Program-made: the position numbers and the translations under genes | Notes under the pieces: generated by a model | The model's input: the letters and a program-made list of their open reading frames with translations, nothing else | Database searches by the model: none | What the model was told of the DNA's origin: nothing | In this document: one piece after another, positions 8,179-17,586 of the stretch | How positions within the stretch are numbered: position 1 is the first letter of the stretch | Layout: every line of letters begins with the position of its first letter | Source: an uncultured Clostridium sp. | GTDB taxonomy: Bacteria; Bacillota; Clostridia; TANB77; CAG-508 | Assembly (NCBI GenBank): GCA_930980855.1 | Contig: CAKNIZ010000006.1 | Span: 2,189 to 66,188 of the forward strand | DNA length: 64,000 nucleotides | Reading direction: 5' to 3'

Positions 8179-10056
8179 TTAGTCTATTTCAATCGCACCT
8201 GTATATAAAGCATAATACATTCCTTTTTTAGCTATAAGCTCTTTATGGTTTCCTCTTTCTAGTATTCTACCATGGTCTAATACCATAATTAGTTCAGAGT
8301 TTCTTATAGTTGACAATCTATGTGCTATTACAAATACAGTTCTTCCTTTCATTAAGCCATCCATACCTTTTTGAACAATTTGTTCTGTACGAGTATCTAT
8401 ACTAGATGTAGCTTCATCCAATATTAATACTGGTGGATTATATAATGCTGCTCTTGCAATTGATAATAATTGTCTTTGACCTTGTGACAAACCTTCTCCA
8501 CTTCCAGATATTACTGTATCATATCCTTCTGGTAAGTTTCTTATAAAATGGTCAGCATTAGCTAATTTCGCTGCTGCTACAACTTCTTCGTCTGTTGCCT
8601 CTAAATTTGCATATCTTATATTATCTTTTATAGTTCCTGTGAATAAGCTTGTATCTTGTAATACCATTCCTAGTGATTTTCTTAAATCTTCTTTCTTTAT
8701 CTTAGTTATGTTAATTCCATCATATCTAATTTTTCCTTCTTGTATATCGTAGAAACGGTTTATTAAATTTGTTATTGTTGTTTTTCCTGCACCTGTTGCA
8801 CCAACAAATGATACTTTTTGGCCTTCTTTTGCTTCTAGTGTAATATCATGAAGTACCATTTTATTAGGAACATATCCAAAATCTACATTTTCAAATTCTA
8901 CGTGTCCACATAGTTTTTGATATGTAACTCTTCCGTCATGGTGTGGATGTTTCCAAGCCCAAAGACCTGTTCTTTCTTTTGCTTCTACTAGTTTTCCGTT
9001 TTCCATTTTTGCATTTACTAAAGTTACATAACCTTCGTCTACTTCTGGTTCTTCATCTATTAAAGCAAATATTCTTTCAGCTCCTGCTAGTGCCATAATC
9101 ATATAATTCATTTCTTGAGAAACTTGACCTATTGGGTTTGTAAATGATTTTATATATTGTAAAAATGCTGCTATACTTCCTATTGTTAATATATTGTTTA
9201 CAGATAAAATTCCACCAATGATTGCAATAAATACATATCCTAAATTTCCAATATTCATTATACAAGGCATTAATACATTGGCATACATATTAGCATTTGT
9301 ACTACTGTCACATAAGTCTTCATTTATTTTGTCAAATTTTTCTTTTGACTCATCTTCATAGTTAAATACTTTTACAACTTTTTGTCCTTCTATCATTTCT
9401 TCAATATAACCATTTACTTTTCCAATATCTTCTTGTTGTTTAACGAAATATTTAGAACTATTTCCTCCTAAATATTTTGCTATGAATATCATTAAAACTA
9501 CCATTCCAAGAACAATAAATGTCAAGTAAACATTAGTAACAATCATTGATATAAAAATACTTATCATTGTTATAACTGCTGAAAATACTTGAGGTATACT
9601 TTGGCTAAGCATTTCTCTTAAAGTATCAACATCGTTTGTATAAGTACTCATTATTTCGCCGTGTGAATGTGTGTCAAAATATTTTATAGGTAGAGTTTGC
9701 ATATGATTGAACATATCTGAACGTATTTTTCTTAAAACACCTTGTGAAATATTTATCATCAATCTATTGTACACATATGTTGCTGTTATTCCTATTAGGT
9801 ACATTGCACCCATACCTAACACTGCCATAAATAGTGGACCAAAATCTGGATTTTCGGTTCCTAAAAGAGGAGTGATGTATTCATCTATTAATGTTTTTAA
9901 AAATTGAATTCCCATAACATTTGCAATTGAGCTTACAATAATACTAATTATTACAATTACAAATTGAAATTTGTATACACTAGTTGCATATTTTAACAGT
10001 CTTTTTACTGTTTTAAAATTAATATTACTTTTTTTCTTGGTATTTTTACTCATCAT
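8179..10056 (-). CDS. ABC exporter, fused permease/ATPase (heterodimer subunit B)
   Basis: 6-TM exporter domain. GATGAGKTT, LSQGQRQLLSIARA, LILDEATSSID. Confidence 0.9.
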   Translation of the reverse strand: MMSKNTKKKSNINFKTVKRLLKYATSVYKFQFVIVIISIIVSSIANVMGIQFLKTLIDEYITPLLGTENPDFGPLFMAVLGMGAMYLIGITATYVYNRLMINISQGVLRKIRSDMFNHMQTLPIKYFDTHSHGEIMSTYTNDVDTLREMLSQSIPQVFSAVITMISIFISMIVTNVYLTFIVLGMVVLMIFIAKYLGGNSSKYFVKQQEDIGKVNGYIEEMIEGQKVVKVFNYEDESKEKFDKINEDLCDSSTNANMYANVLMPCIMNIGNLGYVFIAIIGGILSVNNILTIGSIAAFLQYIKSFTNPIGQVSQEMNYMIMALAGAERIFALIDEEPEVDEGYVTLVNAKMENGKLVEAKERTGLWAWKHPHHDGRVTYQKLCGHVEFENVDFGYVPNKMVLHDITLEAKEGQKVSFVGATGAGKTTITNLINRFYDIQEGKIRYDGINITKIKKEDLRKSLGMVLQDTSLFTGTIKDNIRYANLEATDEEVVAAAKLANADHFIRNLPEGYDTVISGSGEGLSQGQRQLLSIARAALYNPPVLILDEATSSIDTRTEQIVQKGMDGLMKGRTVFVIAHRLSTIRNSELIMVLDHGRILERGNHKELIAKKGMYYALYTGAIEID

Positions 10057-11785
10057 CTTCTCCTCCTTTCATTTGTGAATTGTACACTTCTCTATATATT
10101 TCGTTAGTTTTAAGTAGTTCTTCTGAAGTTCCAATTCCATTTATTTTCCCTTCATCAAGTACTATTATTCTATCAGCATCCTCAATTGAAGTTACTCTTT
10201 GAGCAATTATTATTTTAGTTGTATTTGGAATTTCTTCTCTAAAAGCTTTTCTTATATAACTATCTGTTTTTGTATCAACAGCACTAGTTGAATCATCTAG
10301 TATTAAAATTTTTGGTTTTTTAAGTAGCGCTCTTGCTATACAAATTCTTTGCCTTTGTCCTCCAGATACGTTTGTTCCACCTTGTTCTATTTTAGTTTCA
10401 TATTTTGCTGGAAATTCTTGTATAAAACCATCCGCTTGTGCTAGTTTACAGGCATTAACTAATTCTTCTTCATCTGCATTCTTATTACCCCATCTTAAGT
10501 TCTCTGCTATTGTTCCTGAGAATAGGACATTCTTTTGTAAAACCATTGCAACTGAGTCACGTAAAGATTCTATATCATAATCCTTAACATTAACTCCCCC
10601 TACTTTTACAGCTCCTTTGCTTGCATCATATAGTCTAGGAATTAATTGTACTAAAGTAGATTTTGAGCTTCCTGTTCCTCCTATAATTCCAATTGTTTCA
10701 CCTGATTTGATTTCTAGGTTAATATCTTTTAATGCATATTTATTAGGGTCTTTTTCATCACTATATGCAAAACTTACATTTTCAAAAGTAATTGAACCAT
10801 CTTTTATTGTTTTTATTGCTTTATCTTTATTCTTAATAGTTGGCTCTTCATCTAATACTTCTATTATTCTTTCTGCTGAAGATTGTGCCATTATTACCAT
10901 TACAAATACCATAGATAAAAGCATTAGGCTCATAAGTATTTGCCAAGCATATGTTATTAAACTAGATAGTTCACCAGTTTGAAGTGTTCCGCCAATTATA
11001 AATCTAGCTCCTATCCATGAAATTATTAATACTGAGAAATATATTACAAACTGCATAATTGGGCTATTAAATGCAATTATTTTTTCTGCTGCTTTAAAGT
11101 TTGTGAATACTTCGTTATTTACTTCTTTGAATTTTTCTTCTTCGTGTTTTTCATTTGCATAAGCTTTTACAACCCTGATTCCTCCAACGTTTTCTTGTAC
11201 AACTCTGTTTAATTTATCATATTTTTTGAAAACCTTTTCAAATTTTGGATGTGCTTTAATTGCAATGAAAAATAATGCTACTCCTAGAATAGGAATTGAT
11301 ACTAAAAATACAGAAGAAAGTCTAGCATCTATGCTAAACGCCATAAGTAGTGAGGCAATTAACATTACTGGTCCTCTTATTAATATTCTTATAATCATCA
11401 TATATGCGAATTGTACATTAGTTACATCTGTTGTTAATCTTGTAATTAAGCTTGATGTTGAAAATTTGTCTATATTTTCAAATGAGTAATCTTGAATCTT
11501 GTAAAACATCGCTTGTCTTAAGTTTTTGGCAAATCCTGATGAAGCTTTTGCCGCAAATCTTCCAGATAATACTCCAAATGCTAATGACATTATTGCTGAT
11601 ATTGTAAGCATTATTCCTATTCTTAATATGTAATTAATATCATTATTTGGTATTCCTATGTCTATTATTCGTGACATAAGTAATGGAATTATTACTTCCA
11701 TTATTACTTCTAAAATTACAAATATTGGTGTTAATATACTTTCTTTTTTGTAATCTTTAATATAACTTGCTAGTTTTTTTATCAT
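10046..11785 (-). CDS. ABC exporter, fused permease/ATPase (heterodimer subunit A)
   Basis: GGTGSSKST, VSGGQRQRICIARA, LILDDSTSAVD. Start set at ATG 11783-11785 after a GGAG RBS. Overlaps the downstream partner by 11 nt. Confidence 0.9.
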   Translation of the reverse strand: MIKKLASYIKDYKKESILTPIFVILEVIMEVIIPLLMSRIIDIGIPNNDINYILRIGIMLTISAIMSLAFGVLSGRFAAKASSGFAKNLRQAMFYKIQDYSFENIDKFSTSSLITRLTTDVTNVQFAYMMIIRILIRGPVMLIASLLMAFSIDARLSSVFLVSIPILGVALFFIAIKAHPKFEKVFKKYDKLNRVVQENVGGIRVVKAYANEKHEEEKFKEVNNEVFTNFKAAEKIIAFNSPIMQFVIYFSVLIISWIGARFIIGGTLQTGELSSLITYAWQILMSLMLLSMVFVMVIMAQSSAERIIEVLDEEPTIKNKDKAIKTIKDGSITFENVSFAYSDEKDPNKYALKDINLEIKSGETIGIIGGTGSSKSTLVQLIPRLYDASKGAVKVGGVNVKDYDIESLRDSVAMVLQKNVLFSGTIAENLRWGNKNADEEELVNACKLAQADGFIQEFPAKYETKIEQGGTNVSGGQRQRICIARALLKKPKILILDDSTSAVDTKTDSYIRKAFREEIPNTTKIIIAQRVTSIEDADRIIVLDEGKINGIGTSEELLKTNEIYREVYNSQMKGGEDDE

Positions 11786-11959
11786 TTTTTCTTCTCCTTT
11801 CATGTTATGTAAAGCTTTTAAAAAGGATACCATTGCAGGAATCCTTTTCTTCTTCTTTTTATTTCTAGTTTTTTTGTCTGATTTGTATTTTACACTATAT
11901 ATTTTTTAATGTCAAGGAAATTTCTTCTACTATATTTCAAATTCATTTCTTTTTTGGCA

Positions 11960-13240
11960 TTATGGTTTGAGAGCTGTAATTGGTACAACATATACTCCAT
12001 CCGGTCTTTTATAGGCTGCATTCGAAAGTCCACATATTACACAAAGAACTGATGGAGCTCTTCCATTCTCAGCTTCTATATCTCTTTTTAAATTTAACAA
12101 ATTGTTCGCTCCTTGTTCAATTTTGTTCACACCAAGTTTTATTTCAAATGCACACCATTCTCCATTTTCTAACTCTATGACGTTGTCAATTTCTCTATTT
12201 TGGTAATCCTGGTAATGGTAACACTTAGCATTAAAACTATCTGCATATATTTTTAAATCTCTTTCAACCATTGCTTCAAATAAAAATCCAAATGTTTCTA
12301 AATCATTTATCAATTTATTTTCTTCTTTTATGTTTAATAATGCACACGCTATAGATGGATCAGCAAAATGTCTTTTTTCTGCTTGTTTAACCCTTATAGA
12401 TGAACGAATATTAGAAGAAAATGGTTCATCATTATCTAGTAAATATAGTTTATCTAATGCATTAAGATATGAAGATAATGTATCTATATCTATATCTTCA
12501 TTATCTACGTCATTTATATCTTTTTTTAATGTCATATTAGAAACAGTTGTACTTTCATTTCTAGCTAAAGATTTTAATAATAATCTTACCTTATGTTTGT
12601 CTCTATTTACACCATCTAACCTTATTAAATCATCATCAATAATTAGTTTTATATATTCATCTATTGCATCACTAGAGTCTTTAGGAGAATATTCAATATT
12701 AGCTGGCCATCCTCCTCTAATTATTAGTCCCGCAAGTTTCCTTAAGTCTACTTCTCCTGTTAATTTTTGTTCCAATTTATTATTGCATAAATCTTTAAGC
12801 GATACATCACCAGTCGAATCTCCTGACTCATATAAACTCATTGTTCTTAAGTGTATCTTTCCATATCTTCCTGCTCCACTATGTGATATTCCTTTTCTAT
12901 TTGGCGTAGAAGACCCTGTTAAAATATATTGTCCTTTCAAACCTGTTCTATCAACGTCAGCTCTAATTTCATCCCATAAGTTTGTTGCTTCTTGCCATTC
13001 GTCAATCAATTTTGGCTTCTCTCCTTCTAAAATCAATGATGGAGATATTTTAGCAAGTTCTACATTGTTTGATGTTCCCCCTGTTGTTTTATGTAACAAT
13101 ATTTCACTGTTTGAATGATAGCGCCCAGCCCATGTTTTGCCACAATATTTTGGCCCTTCTATACAAATTGCACCAAATAATTTTAAGTAGTGTTCTATTT
13201 TTTCATCAACTATTCTTCTTTTATAATTTTTAATTTCCAT
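11960..13240 (-). CDS. AAA+ ATPase with C-terminal DUF4143 domain (COG1373-type)
   Basis: P-loop-like IEGPKYCGKTW and a C-terminal DUF4143-like region. Start set at ATG 13238-13240 after AGGTGGGTGG. Confidence 0.75.
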   Translation of the reverse strand: MEIKNYKRRIVDEKIEHYLKLFGAICIEGPKYCGKTWAGRYHSNSEILLHKTTGGTSNNVELAKISPSLILEGEKPKLIDEWQEATNLWDEIRADVDRTGLKGQYILTGSSTPNRKGISHSGAGRYGKIHLRTMSLYESGDSTGDVSLKDLCNNKLEQKLTGEVDLRKLAGLIIRGGWPANIEYSPKDSSDAIDEYIKLIIDDDLIRLDGVNRDKHKVRLLLKSLARNESTTVSNMTLKKDINDVDNEDIDIDTLSSYLNALDKLYLLDNDEPFSSNIRSSIRVKQAEKRHFADPSIACALLNIKEENKLINDLETFGFLFEAMVERDLKIYADSFNAKCYHYQDYQNREIDNVIELENGEWCAFEIKLGVNKIEQGANNLLNLKRDIEAENGRAPSVLCVICGLSNAAYKRPDGVYVVPITALKP

Positions 13241-13290
13241 GTCCACCCACCTATTTATACTTAATATTCTATCATATATCATTTTATATT

Positions 13291-13373
13291 ATTCCGTGAT
13301 TTTTGTCAAGCTCGTTCCGTGGTTTTTTGCGTTTTTATTCCGTGACTTTTTCATGTTTCATTCCGTGATTTTT
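13291..13373. repeat. array of four direct repeats (A/G)TTCCGTG(A/G)(T/C)TTTT with an exact 23-bp period
   Basis: Copies start at 13291, 13314, 13337 and 13360. The array lies 50-130 bp upstream of the DUF4143 ATPase start. Confidence 0.9.
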
Positions 13374-13429
13374 CTTATCTAAACAACGTCTTTTTTCAAG
13401 TAAAAGATGAACCTTAATTTAATTAAAGT

Positions 13430-14188
13430 TCATCTAAACAATTTCTTTTTAATTTTTTTAGGTGTTTCTGGTTCAAATTCTATACTATTTAATACATTTC
13501 TAGGATTAGTTTCACTTAAGATTTTTAATCTATCATCTCCTATTTTTTTCTTGAACTCTTTTATAATATCATCCATTTTTACATAAATACTATTTTTTCT
13601 GTGAGTATCAGTCCCCAAAAAATGAATTGCATTAGCATCTAAAAGTTTTAATAAAGTTTCTTTTGAATCATTTCCATATCTACCCACAATACTTGCATAA
13701 TTAGCTTGCAAGAAAGCTCCTTGCATAATCCAATCTATTGCTATGCTAGGATTTTCTTGTACTATTCTATATCTTTCTGGATGAGCAATTATTGGAATAT
13801 TACCCATCCCAATAAGTCTCTCAATAACATCATCGATATACATTACTTTTGAATTTAAGGGTAATTCAAAAAGTACATATTTACTATTTGCTATAGTTGG
13901 AATTATTCCTTCCTTTACAAGTTCTGGCATTTCTTCTGAAATATATGCTTCTGCTCCATTATACAACTTAATACTTGTTTCTTCTTGGTCGAGCTTCTTT
14001 TGCAAAGCTTCTATTATGCATTTTCTATCAAGACTATTAAATTCATATTGCCCTTCTATATAATGAGATGTTGCACAAATTTCTGTAAAACCCGCCTCAT
14101 AAGCTTCATGTAACATTTTAAAAGTTTCATCTATGCTTGCCGAACCATCATCTATGTTTGGTAGAATATGTGTATGTATATCAATCAT
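13430..14188 (-). CDS. capsular tyrosine-protein phosphatase, PHP family (CpsB/YwqE-like)
   Basis: MIDIHTHILPNIDDGS N-terminus and later H/D metal ligands (SHY, HPERY, GTDTH). A hairpin at about 13398-13436 overlaps the stop codon. Confidence 0.9.
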   Translation of the reverse strand: MIDIHTHILPNIDDGSASIDETFKMLHEAYEAGFTEICATSHYIEGQYEFNSLDRKCIIEALQKKLDQEETSIKLYNGAEAYISEEMPELVKEGIIPTIANSKYVLFELPLNSKVMYIDDVIERLIGMGNIPIIAHPERYRIVQENPSIAIDWIMQGAFLQANYASIVGRYGNDSKETLLKLLDANAIHFLGTDTHRKNSIYVKMDDIIKEFKKKIGDDRLKILSETNPRNVLNSIEFEPETPKKIKKKLFR

Positions 14189-14196
14189 TTTATCAC

Positions 14197-15222
14197 CTAC
14201 TTATAATTATTGATACTCTCTAAGATTTCTCTTGCTTTATCTGACGGTACTTCTTTTACAGTAGCAAATCGTTTGCCCTTTTCTTTTTCTATTTCTTCCA
14301 TAATTTTTCTTTCTGTATCTTCTACTTTATCATCTATATAGTCTTGTATTATTTTTTCTTCTCTTTTTTTATCCTCACTTTTCTCTTGTTTTAATCTTGT
14401 ATAATCTTTATCTTCTTTAATTTCTTTTTTTGGTTTTATGTATTCATATTCTTTTCTTGGTTTTACTTCTTCTACCTCTTCATTACTTTCTCTATGTTTA
14501 GCCCTTTTTACATTAGTAGATGGTCCCATATTATTGGCATAATAGTACTTATTTGCATATTTTTTACTTGATATTTCTACTCTATTTAATACAACACCTA
14601 TAAGTTTTCCGCCTACACTTTTTATTCTCTTTTTAGCTTCTTTTAAATCATCTACTTTTGTATATTTATGACTTACTACTAAAACGGTTGAGTCCACCAT
14701 TCTTGATATGATTGTAGAGTCTGTAACAAGTAGGCATGGTGCTCCATCAAAGATAATTACTTCATATTCATTTTCTAATCCTTTTATTAATTCTTCTAGT
14801 TTTTCAGTAAGTAATAATTCTGATGGATTAGGTGGTATATTTCCAGATGGAAGCAAAGACAAGTTTTCTACTTCAGTTTTTTGAATACAGTCCATATAAC
14901 TAAACTTTTCTCTTCTTCCTAGTTCATTTACTTCTGATAGATAGTTTGAAAGTCCTGGGCACATTTTTAAAGAAAATATTTTATGTTGCCTAGGTTTTCT
15001 CATATCTGCATCTACAATAACTACTTTTCTACCAGTTTGTGCAAAAGCTGTTGCTAGGTTCGCTGAAACCCAGCTTTTTCCTTCTGCTTGAACTGTACTT
15101 GTAATTAACATTGTTTGCGCTTTTCCTAACCTATTCATAAACTGTAAGTTTGTTCTCAATGCCCTAAAAACTTCTGATACTGGTGATTTTGGATCTGCTT
15201 GTGTTATTACTTCCTTCTTCAT
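14197..15222 (-). CDS. BY-kinase (CpsD/YwqD-like tyrosine autokinase) with a long charged C-terminal extension
   Basis: Walker A region TSTVQAEGKSWVSANLA, DADMRKP, tyrosine cluster KKYANKYYYANN, then about 110 K/E-rich residues. Confidence 0.85.
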   Translation of the reverse strand: MKKEVITQADPKSPVSEVFRALRTNLQFMNRLGKAQTMLITSTVQAEGKSWVSANLATAFAQTGRKVVIVDADMRKPRQHKIFSLKMCPGLSNYLSEVNELGRREKFSYMDCIQKTEVENLSLLPSGNIPPNPSELLLTEKLEELIKGLENEYEVIIFDGAPCLLVTDSTIISRMVDSTVLVVSHKYTKVDDLKEAKKRIKSVGGKLIGVVLNRVEISSKKYANKYYYANNMGPSTNVKRAKHRESNEEVEEVKPRKEYEYIKPKKEIKEDKDYTRLKQEKSEDKKREEKIIQDYIDDKVEDTERKIMEEIEKEKGKRFATVKEVPSDKAREILESINNYK

Positions 15223-15927
15223 TTATTTTCTCCTTCCTCTTCCGTTTGTAAAATCACAAAGTGGTATTTCTGCAAGTACTGGCAGACCTGTGATACTTTC
15301 TATATCCTTTGCTGTTTTTACAGTATTGTCTAGCAAATCAGCAATTATAACATATGCTATTGCTACTACTACACCTATCGCTGCGAACATAATAATATCT
15401 TTTTTGTGATTTATGTTACTTGGTGAAGTTGGAATTTTAGCATCATCTAGCGGTTTTATATTTTCCATATCATATATTTCAGCTACTCTATTAGTAAATA
15501 CTGCTCTTATTTCATTAGCAATCTTAGCTGCTAAATTAGCATCTGCATTCTCAACTGATATTTGAATTACTTGTGTATTTGTAGCAGATGTAACACTTAT
15601 TTGATCTTTTAATGCTTCTGTTGACATGCTAAGTTTTAAATTGCTTATTACTGTATTTACTACAGTTTCACTTTTAGCAATTTCTCTATATGTTGATAAA
15701 AGTGAATTATTAAGTGTAACCTCAGAAGTCGTTACGCCTGCTGAAGTTTCTCCATTTTCTGTATTACTTGTTAAAATAGCTGTTGCAGTTGCTGTGTATA
15801 CTGGATTTGTAAAAAATGTAGTGTACACTGCTCCTATTACTGCAAATATTAATATTATTGCTATTATTCCTAATTTTCTATCCCAAAACATTTTTATTAT
15901 ATTTTTTAGGTCAATTTGTTCTTCCAT
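15223..15927 (-). CDS. polysaccharide chain-length determinant / BY-kinase modulator (CpsC/Wzz-like)
   Basis: Two TM helices flank an extracytoplasmic domain. Basic C-terminus. Stop is adjacent to the kinase start. Confidence 0.85.
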   Translation of the reverse strand: MEEQIDLKNIIKMFWDRKLGIIAIILIFAVIGAVYTTFFTNPVYTATATAILTSNTENGETSAGVTTSEVTLNNSLLSTYREIAKSETVVNTVISNLKLSMSTEALKDQISVTSATNTQVIQISVENADANLAAKIANEIRAVFTNRVAEIYDMENIKPLDDAKIPTSPSNINHKKDIIMFAAIGVVVAIAYVIIADLLDNTVKTAKDIESITGLPVLAEIPLCDFTNGRGRRK

Positions 15928-16010
15928 TGTTACCCCTTTCTTTAGTTTGTTTATTTGTCCTTAACTATTTTAGCATACCACTTTTTTATTATCAATATAA
16001 AAATAAAATT

Positions 16011-16100
16011 TTTCATTATTCTTGATTTCGTGCATTTTATCATGTTTATTATTTTTGATTTCGTGCAACTTGGCTCATTTATTATTTTTGATTTCGTGTT
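16011..16100. repeat. three direct repeats (~33-34 bp period) with core TTGATTTCGTG
   Basis: Cores at 16022-16032, 16056-16066 and 16089-16099, each preceded by (T)CAT(G)TTTATTATT. The array ends just upstream of the -35 of the second DUF4143 ATPase gene. Confidence 0.85.
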
Positions 16101-16106
16101 TTAGTA

Positions 16107-16135
16107 TTGATATATATATTTTTTTATGATAAAAT
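16107..16135 (+). promoter_or_regulatory. sigma-A type promoter for the DUF4143 ATPase gene
   Basis: TTGATA (16107-16112), 17-nt spacer, TAAAAT (16130-16135). Confidence 0.6.
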
Positions 16136-16163
16136 CAATCATAGGAAGGAGTTTAATATTTGT

Positions 16164-17516
16164 ATGAAAAGAAAAATTTATAATACCATTTTAAATTGGA
16201 AAAAAGAAAGTAATGGTAGAACTGCTTTATTAATAGAAGGAGCTAGACGTGTTGGAAAAAGTTATATTGTAGAGCAATTTGCTAAAGAAAACTACAAGTC
16301 TTATATTCTAATAGATTTTTCAAAAGTATCTAAAGAAATAATAGAATTATTTGATAATTATTTAGATAATTTGAATTATTTATTTACATATCTATCTGAA
16401 TATTATGGAGTAAAATTATATGAAAGAGAATCATTATTTATTTTTGACGAAATACAATTTTGCCCTAGAGCAAGAGGTGCAATCAAGCATTTAGTTGCAG
16501 ATGGAAGATATGATTATATTGAAACTGGTTCTTTAATATCTATCAAGAAAAATGTTAAAGATATTTTAATTCCATCAGAAGAAGAAATTATTAAAATGAA
16601 TCCAATGGATTTTGAAGAATTTTTATGGGCTATGGAAAATAATACTTTAATGGATTTCATAAGAGAATGCTATTCTTTAAAAAAGGAACTTGGTCAGGCT
16701 CTTCATAGAAAAGTTATGGATTACTTCAAGGAATATTTAATAGTTGGTGGAATGCCACAAGCAGTGTTAGAATATAAAGAAACAAGAGATTTTGAAAAAA
16801 CTGATAAAATAAAAAGAAATATTTTAAATTTGTATCGTGAAGATATACGAAAACATTCTGACGAACTTAATTTAAAAGTAGAACAAATTTTTGATACAAT
16901 TCCTTCTCAACTACAAAAACACGAAAAGAAATTTAATTTATCAAATTTAGATGATAATGCCAGATACAGAAATTATGAAAGTGCATTTTATTGGCTTTCT
17001 GATGCTTGTCTTATAAATATTGCTTACAATACAACTGAACCTAATATTGGTCTTGGTCAAAGAATTGATGATAATAGTTTAAAATGTTATATGTTTGATA
17101 CAGGATTACTTCTTTCAATGACATTTAATGAACAAAATATAATTAATGAAGAAATTTATAAAAAAATATTATTTGATAAATTAACTTTTAATGAAGGAAT
17201 GATTTTGGAAAATATGGTATCTCAAATGCTTGTTAATAGTGGAAGAAAGCTATATTTCTTTTCAAGAAATAACCGTGAGGATTCAGCTGAAACAATGGAA
17301 ATAGATTTCTTAATATCTGATAACCACATAACATCTAAACACAATATAGTACCTATAGAAGTAAAATCTGGTGATAGGTATACCTTTTCATCACTTTCAA
17401 AATTCACTTCTAAGTATAATGACTATTTGGGTAAACCAGTAATTATTCATACTAAGGATTTGGCTGTAAAAGATGATATTTTGTATTTACCAATATATAT
17501 GACTGGGCTTTTATAA
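16164..17516 (+). CDS. AAA+ ATPase with DUF4143 domain (COG1373-type), second paralog
   Basis: Walker A IEGARRVGKSY, Walker B FIFDEIQ, DUF4143-like C-terminus. Start set at ATG 16164 after GGAAGGAG. It is the only long plus-strand gene in the window. Confidence 0.8.
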   Translation: MKRKIYNTILNWKKESNGRTALLIEGARRVGKSYIVEQFAKENYKSYILIDFSKVSKEIIELFDNYLDNLNYLFTYLSEYYGVKLYERESLFIFDEIQFCPRARGAIKHLVADGRYDYIETGSLISIKKNVKDILIPSEEEIIKMNPMDFEEFLWAMENNTLMDFIRECYSLKKELGQALHRKVMDYFKEYLIVGGMPQAVLEYKETRDFEKTDKIKRNILNLYREDIRKHSDELNLKVEQIFDTIPSQLQKHEKKFNLSNLDDNARYRNYESAFYWLSDACLINIAYNTTEPNIGLGQRIDDNSLKCYMFDTGLLLSMTFNEQNIINEEIYKKILFDKLTFNEGMILENMVSQMLVNSGRKLYFFSRNNREDSAETMEIDFLISDNHITSKHNIVPIEVKSGDRYTFSSLSKFTSKYNDYLGKPVIIHTKDLAVKDDILYLPIYMTGLL

Positions 17517-17522
17517 GTATAG

Positions 17523-17555
17523 TCCCACTACTTACTAATTGAAGTAGTGGGATTT
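17523..17555. terminator. bidirectional Rho-independent terminator
   Basis: 11-bp stem TCCCACTACTT/AAGTAGTGGGA, followed by TTTGAATTT. Lies between two convergent genes. Confidence 0.8.
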
Positions 17556-17586
17556 GAATTTGAACATTTTATTATTCAATAATCAA

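Noticed and set aside
13291-16100. The two direct-repeat arrays as CRISPR arrays.
   Set aside because: The units are only about 14 and 23 nt long, the 'spacers' are 9-12 nt, there are only 3-4 copies, and there are no cas genes. They look like protein-binding iterons, not CRISPR.
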